Positions 48,101-61,030 of a stretch of 64,000 bases of DNA are shown here, one piece after another (within the stretch, counting starts at the first letter, position 1; the number at the start of each line of letters is the position of its first letter). The stretch is from assembly GCF_046119375.1 (NCBI RefSeq), contig NW_027362768.1, forward strand, positions 29,698,001-29,762,000. The letters run 5' to 3'. Origin of the DNA: Phyllobates terribilis (taxonomy: Eukaryota). The notes under the pieces were generated by a model that was given only the letters and a program-made list of their open reading frames with translations, was not told where the DNA came from and searched no databases. The position numbers and the translations under genes are program-made.

Positions 48101-48860
48101 CCACTCTTGCACTACCGGATTTTTTATTTTTATCTTTATATTGGATATGGTCACATTTTTTGAGGGAATTGTGTTTTGTTTGTTTCTTGCAATGTTTTAA
48201 TGGATACTAATAAATAGTGATTTTATGTGTATGATCCGTGAATACACTTCTTCATTGGCAGCACCTGCTCTTGGGTTTATATGTACGGATTTAGTCCAGC
48301 AATGCCACCGCGGTGGCATAAATCAGCCATCAGGGCAGAATTCTGAGTCAATTGGCTATGGCAAAGACCGCAAGGATTTTGGATTTGGTGGAAGACAGAG
48401 TACTATTGATTTCAGCGATTCGCATAACCCGAGTGGATAATTGGGTTGTGGTTTTTCTTAAGCCAAAAGGGGTTATCTGCGGGAGAGTGATCACTTCATC
48501 TGGAGGTCTTCAGCCAAATCTGTCTCTGTTGGAGCACTCCAGATGTTGATCTAATGGCTTCCAGGCTAAACTGCAAGGTGCTTAGGTTTGTGGCAAGGTC
48601 TCAAGATATACTGGCAGTCGCGGTTGACGCATAAGCTATCCTTTGGTCTCAGTTCACCCTACCGTACATGTTTCTACTTCTTCCCTGCAAGCCAAGCTTC
48701 TCGAGAAGATTAGGGCACAGGGGATTCCCGTCATCCTCTTCTTTATGGAATGGCCTCGAAGATCCTGGTATGCGGATGTGAACAACCTCCTGTCAGACGT
48801 ACCGTGGCTCTCCCAGATCGTCCTGCAGACTAATCCATGGTTCCTGTGTACCTTAATGAA
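45180..48860 (+). pseudogene. Decayed DIRS1-like retrotransposon (RT/RNase H fragments), interrupted at ~47080-48295
   Basis: GFYSNLFFIPK...ILDLRLLN...HFRVES, YLHI.IFP and LPFGL at ~46090-46370. NATAVA.I.HQG, DNW..FL and PDVDLMASRLN at ~48300-48580. Many stops and frameshifts. Confidence 0.8.
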
Positions 48861-49243
48861 GACTACGAGAAATAGATTTTACGGTGAGTACCAAAAAGCT
48901 TTATTTTTTAAAAAAAAATTTGTGTTTAAAAAAAAAAACAAAACTTTTTTTTGGTATTAAGGGTCCCTTACCGTAATCTAAAAAAAATTACATTGATATA
49001 TTTATTGATTACTACTTTCTATATTCATTGCACGATGTACTTTATTATAGTAATTAGCCCGATATGAACTTTTTATATGTATATTTCTTCATGTATATAC
49101 ATATTCATACAAACTCTTTGATCTATATATAATTTTATCTCCTCCTGCTGTTTGTCGTACTCGTGAAATTGTCTACCTTATAATAAAGATTGATATTTTA
49201 ATTTGAGCTATAGCCTCTATCGTTTGTGGTTATACCTTTTTGT

Positions 49244-50510
<1,267 letters not shown>

Positions 50511-51293
50511 TCTATCTAGATAAGAGGGACAGGAGGAGCTCTGCCTCTAGCTCCTCGCTCCTGCCATCTACATAGAATCTCATCAGTGGCAGCTGCCATC
50601 TCTTATCTCAGTAATGGGAGAGTCTGTCTTCACTAAATACAGATTTTTACTTAAGAATTGAGAATTTTGATAATGACTGATCCATTCTGGCAGAGAAAGA
50701 AGCAAATTTATCTGATAAGATATATTACAAAGTTTCTTATTTTCATGTGTACTATTGATTTATGGAATAAAAATTAAAACGAAGGTTACTCTTTAACCCC
50801 TTCACGGGACCCACAAAATGACGTAAATTTACGTTATGGCGAACATGAGGGCACAGGAGCTGTGTCCACAAAACTGAATTGCTGTTTTTTGTTCATTCTG
50901 TCTCCCAAAAATCGGAATAAAAAGCGATCAAAAAAATGTCATGTGCCAGAAAATGGTACCAATAAAAGCATCAACTTGTCCCGCAAATACAGTGGGTACG
51001 GAAAGTATTCAGACCCCTTTAAATTTTTCACTCTTTGTTTCATTGCAGCCATTTGGTAAATTCTAAAAAGTTCATTTTATTCTCATTAAAGTACACTCTG
51101 CACCCCATCTTGAAAACTGAAATATCACATGGTCATAAGTATTCAGACCCTTTGCTCAGACACTCATATTTCAGTCACATGCTGTCCATTTCCTTGTGAT
51201 TCTCCTTGAGATGGTTCTACGCCTTCATTGGAGTCCAACTGTGTTTAATTAATCTAATAGGACTTCATTTGGAAAGGCACACACCTGTCTATA

Positions 51294-52339
51294 CAGGGTG
51301 GTCCAAAAGTAGGTGGACAGAAAGTGTAATAAGGTTCTGAAGGGGGAGATTTATCAAACATGGTGTAACATATTTATATATCAACATTTGTTCCGAGTCA
51401 AAAAAAAGTCCACCAGAAGAGCCTCTTTGGAATTGGGAATTTCACGAGCTTCTATCATGCGAATCCTGAAATTGGGTGGAAAGCTGATCGTCCATGTCTA
51501 ATTCATGGTTTATTGGAGGATGATCCAGACAGGCGGCTGCAATTTAGTGAGATTATGCTTAACGAAATTGAAGAAAATCCAGTAATTTTAGATAACATTA
51601 TGTGGAGTCATGAAGCTTCTTTCAAATTATCCGGCCATATTAACAGACATAATTGTGTTTACTGGTATAATGAGAACATGCATTTAACATTAGAGCAACA
51701 ACTAAATGAGCCTGGTGTCAATGTTTGGGGTGGTATTTCAAGTTTTGGTGTTTTAGGACCAATATTTTTAGATGGAACAGTCACAGGAGATAAGTATCTT
51801 GAAATTCTAATGAATCAAGTTGTTCCCCAGTTACAGCAACAGCCTAATTCAAATGACCTTTATTTCCAACAAGATGGGGCCCCTCCACATTATTCAAGAG
51901 TAGTCCGCGTGTATCTTGATGAAACATTTTCTAATAAATGCATTGGCTGAAGAGGCCCACGATTGGCCGGCACTTTCACCAGACTTGACCCCAATGGATT
52001 TTTTCTTTTGGGGAGTACTCAAGGACAAAGTTTATAGTCAAAATCCAAAAAGTGTCAGTGATTTGAAAAATTACATTTGCGATGCATTTCAAGAAATTAA
52101 TACCCAAAGAGACTTGTGCAAAAATGTTTGTCGAAGCATAAGAGGCAGACTTCAAAGCTGTGCAAATTGTAATGGAAAACAGTTTGAGCACCTGCGTTGA
52201 TAAAATTTAAGGGCTTTTGTATTATTATTCAGAATAAAATTTAATTGTCAATGTTATGCTTGTGTTAGTAAATATAATTTTATATATAAATCAAAATAAA
52301 TGTTATTATTTTCTGTCCACCTACTTTTGGACCACCCTG
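51294..52339 (+). mobile_element. DD41D (rosa/Visitor)-type mariner element, internally deleted, nested in the Tc1
   Basis: 30-bp TIR CAGGGTGGTCCAAAAGTAGGTGGACAGAAA, TA TSD. FQQDGAPPH...WPALSPDLTPMDFFFWG gives 41-aa spacing after repairing a stop and a frameshift. Confidence 0.8.
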
Positions 52340-52385
52340 TATAAGACCTCACTGCTCACAGTGCATGTCAGACCAAATGAGAATC

Positions 52386-53408
52386 ATGAGCTCAAAGGAA
52401 CTGTCCAAGGAGTGCAGAGACAGAATTGTGGCAATGCACAGATCTGGCCAAGGTTACAAAAGAATTTCTGCATTACTCAAGGTTCCTAAGAGCACAGTGG
52501 CCTCCATAATCCTTAAATGGAAGAAGTTTGGGACCACCAGATGTTTTCCTAGCCCTGGCAGTCCAGCCAAACTGAGCAATCGTGGGAGCAGAGCCTTGGT
52601 GAGAGAGGTAAAGAAGAACCCCAAGATCACTGTGGCTGAGCTCCAGAGATGCAGTAGGGAGATGGGAGAAAGTTCCACAAAGTCAACTATCATTGCAGCC
52701 CTCCACCAGTCGGGCCTTTATGGCAGAGTGGCCCGACGGAAGCCTCTCTTCAGTGCAAGACATATGAAAGCCTTCATAGAATTTGCTAAAAAACACATGA
52801 AGGACTCACAGACGATGAGAAATAAGATTCTCTGGTCTGATGAGACGAAGATAGAACTTTTTGGTGAGAATTCTAAGCGGCGGTATGTGTGGAGAAAACC
52901 CGGCACTGCTCATCACCTGCCCAATACAATCCCAACAGTGAAACATGGTGGTGGCAGCATCATGCTATGGGGGTGTTTTTCAGCTGCAGGGAAAGGACGA
53001 CTGGTTGCAATTGAAGGAAACATGAATGCGGCCAAGTACAGAGATATCCTTAATGAAAACCTCTTCCAGAGTGCTCTGGACCCCAGACTTGGCCGAAGGT
53101 TCACCTTCCAACAAGACAATTACCCTATGCATACAGCTAAAATAACAAAGGAGTGGCTTCAGAACAACTCTGTGACCATTCTTGACTGTCCCTGCCAGAG
53201 CCCTGACCTAAACCCAATTGAGCATCTCTGGAGAGACCTGAAAATGGCTGTCCACCAACGTTCACCATCCAACCTGACGGAACTGGTGAGGATCTGCAAG
53301 GAAGAATAGCAGAGGATCCCCAAATCCAGGTGTTAAAAACTTGTTGCATCATTCCTAAGAAGACTTGTGGCTGTACTAGCTCAAAAGGGTGCTTCTACTC
53401 AATACTGA
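52386..53408 (+). pseudogene. Tc1 transposase pseudogene
   Basis: WSDETK, FQQDN and SPDLNPIEHLW with 34-aa spacing. Premature TAG (53307) and TAA ahead of the natural ...KGASTQY* end. Confidence 0.85.
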
Positions 53409-56400
53409 GCAAAGGGTCTGAATATTTATGACCATGTGATATTTCAGTTTTTTTCTTTTTTAATAAATTTGAAAAAGTTTCTACATTTCTGTTTTTTTTT
53501 TTCAGTCAAGATGGGGTGCAGAGTGTACTTTAATGAGAAAAAAAATGAACTTTTTAGACCAGAAGAATAAATTTGTCTTATCACTTACACCGCACGAGGA
53601 ATGGCATAAAAAATAAAATAAAACTAATTCTTTAGCTACTGTTGATTTGTTCATTTTGCCTCCCAAAGATCGCAGTAAGGCTTGGCTCACATTTATTCTG
53701 CGCTGAGCGTTTGTACCGAGGTTTCCGTGTAATCTCTGAAATACGTGATTCAGACGAAACTCCAGGCAGAAGACTCCCTATAATGAGGCAGATGGAGACA
53801 CTTTGGGCATAATGTACGGGCACTACAATGTATTGGGCACTACACTGGCAGATTTGCAATTTTCACTGTGCAAGATCCACTGCTGTTTGTTTCTGTAAAA
53901 CACCCATGGAGTCAAAATAGTCATTACACCTATAGATAAATTCCCTGAGTGGTGTAAATCCAAAATAGGGTCACTTGAGAGGGGATGCTTCTCTTTTGGC
54001 CCTTCCAGACTCTGCATATGGAGTCCGCAAACTATTCTATGATCATTTGTTATCCAAGAGTCAAATAGCGCCCCTTCTCTCCCGAGTCTCGCCATATAGC
54101 TCAGCAGTACTGTACAGCCACATATGGGCTATTGCCACGTTTGGCACAAATTGTGTGACAAATTTTGGATGCCAACTTTACCTATTTCCTTGTGTGAAAA
54201 TGTAAAATTTGGGACGAAAACAAAATTTTTGTGGTAAAAATGTAATTATTTTTTCTTTACTTTCCAATAGTATGAAATTCTGTGATATACCCGTAGTACC
54301 AATATGATTACTGCAACCTTAGATGAATTCATTGAGCAGTGTCGTTTGTAAGATGGGGTCACTTATGGAGGGTTCTGTTGTTGTGTCACCTAAAGGGCTC
54401 TGCCAGTGGGTCATGGCACCCGCAAACCATAACAACAAAATTTGGATTATAATAAGGTGCTCCTTTTTTTCTGAGCCTTCCAGTGTGCCCGAAGAGTGTT
54501 TCCGATTACATGTTGGAGCGGGGAACAAATTGTGAGTTCCATTTTTTCATATTCGCCATTATAAAAATTAAAAACTTGGAGCTGAAAAAATATTGTAGTG
54601 CTAAAAATGTAATTATTCATTCTTCACCACCACCCAATGGTATAAATTTCTGTGAGGCACATGTGGTGTCAACATGCTCACTGCACCACTATATGAATTC
54701 ATTGGGGGGTGTAGTTTGTAAAATGAGGTCACTTATGGAGGGGTTCTGCTGTTCTGGCACCTCAATGGCTCTGCTAATTTGACATGGCACCCTCAAACCA
54801 GTCCAGCAAAATCTAAAACCTAAATATGGCGCTTCTTCCCTTCTGAGCTTTGCACTGTGCCTCATAAGTAGTTTTCTACCACATGTTGGGTATTTGGCGT
54901 ACTCAGGAGAAATTGCGTAACAAATTGTACCGTTCATTTTTTTGCTATTATCCCTTTTGAAAATTAAAAACTTGGGGTCAAAGCAACATTTTAGTGGAAA
55001 AAATGGTAATTTTCCATTTACTCAGCCCAATGTTATACAATACTGTGAATCGCCTGAAGGTTACAAATGCTCACTGCACGCCTAGATGAATACCTCAAGA
55101 GTTGTAATTTCCAAAATGGGGTCCCTTGTGGGGTTTTTTGCTTTTTTGGCATGTCAGGGGCTCTTCAAAAGTGACATGGCGTCCGCAATCTGTTCCAGAC
55201 AAAATTGAGCGCCAAAATTCAGTTAGCGCTCTTTCCCTTTCAAGCCCTTCTGTGCGGCCAAACAGTTGTTTTCCACCACATATGGGGTATCTGTGTACTC
55301 AGGAGGAATTGCACAACAAAGTTTACAGTCCATTTTCTCCTGTTACGCTTGTTAAAATGGAAAAATTGGGGCAAAACCAATATTTTTTCAGAAAAAATGT
55401 ATTTTCACGGTTGAACGTTATAACATTTTATGAAGCACCTGTGAGTTCACAGTGCTCAGCACACTTCTGGATAAGTTCCTTGAGGGGTGTAGTTTCCAAA
55501 ATGGGGTCACTTGTGGAAGGTTTCCACTGTTTAGGCATATCAGGGGCGCTGCAAACACAACATTGCATCCGCTATCTATTCCAGCCAATTTTGCACTCCA
55601 AAAATCAAATGGTGCTCCTTCCCTTCTGAGCCCTGCTGTGTGCCCAAACAGTAGTTTTCTACTACACATGGAGTATGGGTGTACTCAGGACAAACTGCAC
55701 AACAAATTGTACAGGCCATTTTCTCCTATTACCCTTGTGAAAATGCAAAATTTGGGGCTAAATCAACATGTTTATGGGAAAAAGTAAAATTTTATTTTTT
55801 TCCTTCCACATTGCTTTAATTTGTGAAGGATCTGAAGGGTTAATAAACTTAATGAATGTGCTTTTGAGCACTTTGAGTGGTGCAGTTTTTAAAATGGTGT
55901 CACTTTGGGGTATTTTCTATATGGAAGGGCCCTCAAAGTCACTTCAAATGCGATGTTATACCTAAAAAAATATATTTTGACAATTTTGTTGGAAAATTGA
56001 TTTTAAGGGCAAAAAAATTGAAAAATTTGAAAATTGCGAAATTTAAAAAATTTTCACCAAAATTCCAATACTTTTTGCATTTATTTGTGAAAATATCAGC
56101 CTAAATTTACCACCAACATGAAGTACAATGTGTCATGAAAAAACAATTTCAGAATCACTGGGATACATTGAAGTATTCCAGAGTTCTTATCGCATAAAGT
56201 GACACTGGTCAGAATTGTAAAATTTGGCCTGGTCAGGAAAGTGAAAACAGGCTGGGACGGAAGAGGTTAGAATGGTTTTCCTACTAAATATATTTGTCAC
56301 ATATCCACAAGATAAGGGATTCAGGTCTGTCTGATCTCACTGATCACTAGAAAGATGCTCCTAATCCTTTGTTCTTCTTCACTGCTTCTTGGAATTAATG

Positions 56401-56884
56401 GAAAAATATGGTAGACCATTATTCATTGTCTATTGGACTGACAAAGGTAGCCATGTGTAGCTCTTGAATACTTCCATCAGCAGGCGAGTAACGGGGCCAT
56501 GCGAGAGGGAGGCCCGCCCACGCCAGCACATATTTCAGCTGGATATGCGTCCAAGTACACACATTCAGCTGAAATGCATTGCGGCGCACAGACCCGCCGG
56601 GTCCCTGCAATGCAATACATGCTTCTGGCCAATCAGAGGCCGGCAGCTGACGTCAGCATCTACGTCACTGCCGGTGCATGGCAATGACGTCATTTGATGC
56701 CTGTCGCTTGCACGCTGAAGACCGCTGCCGGCTACAGAAGTGGATGCTGCGCTGCGTTGGAGTGGGGAAGGTGAGTAGAATCTTTTAGTTTTGTTTATGC
56801 GTTAATGAACAGCGATAGAGCAGGGGACATATATATCATGATGGGAGACATATATCCCAGGTTCGGCCCAGGATGGGATGCATA

Positions 56885-57170
56885 CAGTCATGGCCGAAAG
56901 TGTTGGAACCCTTGAAATTGTTCCAAAAAATTAAGTATTTCTCCCAGAAAATTATTGCAATTATACATGTTTTGTTATACACATGTTTATTTCTTTTGTG
57001 TTTATTGGAACTTCAAACAAACAGAGAAAAAAGGCAAATTGGACATAATTTCACACACCACCCCAAAATTGGGCCGGACAAAATTGTTGGCACCTTTCCA
57101 AAATTGTGGGTAAACAACTTTAATTTCAAGCATATGATGCTCGTTCAAACTCGCCTGTGGCAAGTAGCTT
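56885..57170 (+). mobile_element. Tc1-like terminal fragment
   Basis: TA-CAGTCATGGCCGAAAGTGTTGG terminus. Confidence 0.55.
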
Positions 57171-58045
57171 CATCTGCCATTTTGTTTACGCTTGAAAAAG
57201 GCCGCTTGTTAGCCGAAACATTGTTTTTATGATGCATTTTGGATGAATAAAGCAATAGAATCATCTCTCTGGTGCCTTGAAAACTATTGATATCTGAATT
57301 TGTTGATAAGTCGGTGTGAAGTTGCCCCAAGGAAGCACAGAGCCTGTGGAGTGGTGGAAAAGGAACTACCAATACAGATTGATATAAAGTTTTGTGAGAA
57401 AAGATACAGTATAACCTGTTTTTTCATCAGTTAACCCTCTGCTCTTTCTGGGATTTTCGGTTCAGAGGGCGGTCCTATCAGTGACTGACAGCTCTTTCTC
57501 TGTGCAAACTTATACAAAGGAAGCTGTCAGTCACTGATAGGACCGCCCTCTGGACCGAAAATCCTACAAGGAGCAGAGGTTTTAATGATGGAAAAACTGG
57601 TTATAATGAATCTTTTCACACAAAACTATATCTCAGCCTACTGCACTCTCCCTGCTTTATAACGTGGTGCCTGCAGATTGGACAATATGCTCCTTTTTAC
57701 AGGTTCACTCTAAATGATTTGCAACTTTTGGTGTTCAAAAGTTGCAAAAACTGGTTAAAGACAAAAAAAAAAGCATTTTTAGATTTTGCTCCAAATTGTG
57801 CACCATTTTAAAGAATTTAGCACAAAGTCACCAAATACCCCAAGACAAAAAAAAAGGAAAGGGACTGCAATAAATCTCAAATGTTGAATCGGGGCCATAG
57901 TCTCCGGCAGACTTTGCAAAGTATGTTTACTATGCATTGTTGCAGTGTCTCAGAGTAAATCATTCATGGCTGCAATTTCGCAGTCAGTGTCTGATTCATG
58001 TTGCTTGTGGTTCGGGCAGCTTGAATATGGCTTGTTCCCTTTTAA

Positions 58046-58337
58046 AGGGAATCTCTCTTTTCCAGCTAATCTGAGCTCTGCATAAATTATCTGCCACCAC
58101 TGATTGGCAGCTTTCTGCCTATGCACAGTGTCCACAGAAAGCTGCCAATCAGTGTTGTGGCGGGGTTGTACACAGCTCAGCATTTAGAGAACTGCTAGAT
58201 CTGCAGCAGATAAAACTGTGATTTTATTAAAACTACAGCAAGCAGCCCAGAAAGTGATAATTGCTGGAATCAGGGTCTCAATTTCTACATAGTGCGGCTT
58301 TCAGATTACGTGGCAAAAGCCTGGTGACAGATTCCCT
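58046..58337. mobile_element. T2/Kolobok-type MITE
   Basis: TTAA-AGGGAATCT ... AGATTCCCT-TTAA. Confidence 0.75.
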
Positions 58338-58529
58338 TTAAAGATCAGACTATATACCATAACTTCAGTAATTATAGGGGACACAGACACAGAACACATT
58401 GCTGGGCATTTGGCCCACTACTTAAAAGAGATATCCCAGATATTGTTGGAGGTGAAAATGTTGGATCGATGATAATGAAGGACTGAGTACAAGTAAAGAT
58501 GTAATTTTTTCTTTTCTGTATGTGACTAG

Positions 58530-58964
58530 GTTCTTCATGTGGTATATCCAAGCATTCAAGAGGAAAAATATCTGCGTAAAGTAGTACTGAACAATGCCCT
58601 ATCACACGCAGATCGTCTGAAAAACAACTTCTTACGTAATCTCTTCCCCGAAGAAGATGCGGAAAATGTGACTATGGCACACAATGAGAGCAATTCATAT
58701 GGAGTGTCAAAGTGGGTTTCTAATTTCCAGACTCCTATAGTAAATGAAGAAAACATTGCGAAACCTCCATTCCTGGATGGAGATGCCATTCATGTACCAC
58801 TAGAAACTCTGTTTGCCATCCCAAAGGTGAAGAAACTCTGTGGAAGTCTTGACGTCCTTCAAAAAATGATGAATGGAGAAATTCTGCTAAGCAGTGATGG
58901 GAGCGCCGTTGTGTATCCCCTCCATGTAGAGGATGACTTCGATTCTGATATGAGCGATGCCTGA
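58530..58964 (+). CDS. HENMT1: HENMT1 last coding exon (VLHVVYPSIQEEKYLR...LSSDGSAVV...MSDA*)
   Basis: YPSxQEE, VPLxxLFxxPKV and LSSDGSAVV vertebrate Hen1 C-terminal motifs. Acceptor gactag. All six exons sum to 1131 nt = 376 aa. Confidence 0.93.
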   Translation, partial: VLHVVYPSIQEEKYLRKVVLNNALSHADRLKNNFLRNLFPEEDAENVTMAHNESNSYGVSKWVSNFQTPIVNEENIAKPPFLDGDAIHVPLETLFAIPKVKKLCGSLDVLQKMMNGEILLSSDGSAVVYPLHVEDDFDSDMSDA

Positions 58965-59133
58965 TTTTTGCCTGTTGGTTGTTGGCCAAGTGGGGCTGTT
59001 TCATAAGTTGGACTTTGTCTTTTTAAGTTTGTTTTATTTTTATATATATATATTTTTTTATTTGTTTACTGATTTCTAAGGTTAATGTGTCTGGAGACTG
59101 CTATCTATGTATGCAGTTATTAATGGATCATCC

Positions 59134-59139
59134 AATAAA
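59134..59139 (+). terminator. Putative HENMT1 polyadenylation signal AATAAA
   Basis: First AATAAA, ~170 nt after the stop codon. Confidence 0.5.
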
Positions 59140-59283
59140 CAGCATTTATCACCAACCCACAGTGTGGTGGTTCCACACTGATCACAAGAACAGAGGCCAT
59201 GTGTGAATGAAGTTGTGGTGCACCTGCATGACCAGGACTCCATTTACTGTGTGTATAGTAGTGGTCATGTATGTGTAATTATA

Positions 59284-60299
59284 CAGGGTGGTCGAAAAGT
59301 AGGTGGACAGAAAATAATAACATTTGAATTAAGTTGTTGCTGTAACTGGGGAACAACTTGATTCATTAGAATTTCGAGATACTTTTCTCCTGTGACTGTT
59401 CCATCTTAAAATATTGGTCCTAAAACACCAAAACTTGAAATACCACCCCAAACATTGACACCAGGCTCATTTAGTTGTTGCTCTAATGTTAAATGCATGT
59501 TCTCATTATACCAGTAAACACAATTATGTCTGTTAATATGGCCGGATAATTTGAAAGAAGCTTCATGACTCCACATAATGTTATCTAAAATTACTGGATT
59601 TTCTTCAATTTCGTTAAGCATAATCTCACTAAATTGCAGCCGCCTGTCTGGATCATCCTCCAATAAACCATGAATTAGATGTGGACGATCAGCTTTCCAC
59701 CCAATAGATTTCAGGATTCGAATGATAGAAGCTCGTGAAATTCCCAATTTCAAAGAGGCTCTTCTGTGGACTTGTTTGGACTCTGAACAAATGTTTCAGC
59801 AACAAGTTGTTTATTATCTTCTGTACAGACTGTTTTGGGTCGACCATTCTTTGGAGCATTAAGGATTGAGCCAGTGGCATTGAATTTGTCACGAATGCGG
59901 TAAATGGTTTGTCTCTTTGAGGCTTGAGTACCAAATGTTTCAACCCAATTTGCTCTAACGGTTTCAGCATTTTGAGATTTCCAATACGCTGTTAAAATCC
60001 ATTTTCTTTGATCTGTATTTAAATTATTTGCCATTATGTGTTATCTGAATTATCTGAAAAGAAAACAGATTTGGGGGAGATCTATCTGTGAAAACTAGAT
60101 CTGTGAAACTGGCTCAGTTGCCCTTAGCAACCAATCAGATTCCACCTTTCATTTTCCAAAGAGTCTGTGAGGAATGAAAAGTGGAATCTGATTGGTTGCT
60201 AAGGGCAACTGAGCCAGTTTCACTTTACACCATGTGTGATAAATCTCCCCCTTCATAACCTTATTACACTTTCTGTCCACCTACTTTTGGACCACCCTG
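59284..60299 (-). mobile_element. Second DD41D-type copy, 3'-deleted, just downstream of HENMT1
   Basis: Same 30-bp TIRs and TA TSD. Retains the N-terminal HTH (MANNLNTDQRKWIL...). Contains a palindromic MITE at 60073-60251. Confidence 0.82.
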
Positions 60300-60834
60300 T
60301 ATTATTAGTGATGAGCGAGTATGAATTGTTAACCCTTTCGGCGAGCACGCTTAGGTGCTCGCCAAGTATTTGCGGCGTGTTCGGTATCGATGAAAGTGTC
60401 GCCATGGCGGCATGTGTCACATCTGTTATACACCTGTGACACATGCAGGGGTTGCCTATTTGTTAGAGAGCACTGACCTGGACTGGGGTTGCGGAAAGCA
60501 ATGTGCTCATCGCTACCTAGGAGCAACACAGTATATCAGTTTGGCAAAAAAAAAATCTTTTATTGGGATATTCTTGTTTTATGTAAATAAGTGCACAATT
60601 GAAATATTGGTAAATTCTTATACACTTCAGTACATCCATTGTTTCAGTAAAAGGAACCATTCTTTGTTGCATTCAGAAACTGAGACCCTCCTAATCTGGT
60701 GTTTATTGCACTTCTGAGAGGGAAGTCTGGAGACGTTTACAGGATAGCGCTTTGTTCTACTGTTGCTGTAAATGCCCGTACAATAAACGTTCAAAGCACC
60801 ACAATAACTAACTCTTGGTAATGTAGATATAATA

Positions 60835-61030
60835 CACTGCTCAGAAAAATAAAGGGAACACTCAAATAACACATCCTAGATATGAATGAATGAAATATTC
60901 TCATTGAATACTTTGTTCTGTACAAAGTTGAATGTGCTGACAACAAAATCACACAAAAATCATCAATGGAAATCAAATTTATTAACCAATGGAGGCCTGA
61001 ATTTGGAGTCTCCCCCAAAATTAAAGTGGA
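60835..61030 (+). mobile_element. Tc1-like terminal fragment
   Basis: TA-CACTGCTCAGAAAAATAAAGGGAACAC terminus. Confidence 0.55.

Larger units (their letters stand above)
50990..53560 (+). mobile_element. Tc1 (DD34E) element, near full length, right TIR truncated
   Basis: TA-CAGTGGGTACGGAAAGTATTCAGACC. Inverted repeat of 51060-51130 at ~53490-53560. Confidence 0.85.
50797..56266 (+). mobile_element. Old non-autonomous relative of the piggyBac, with diverged ~390-bp repeat units at ~53900-55760
   Basis: Starts TTAA-CCCCTTC. Bases ~56100-56266 are a diverged reverse complement of 16279-16450. Internal units are homologous to the 394-bp repeat. Confidence 0.7.
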
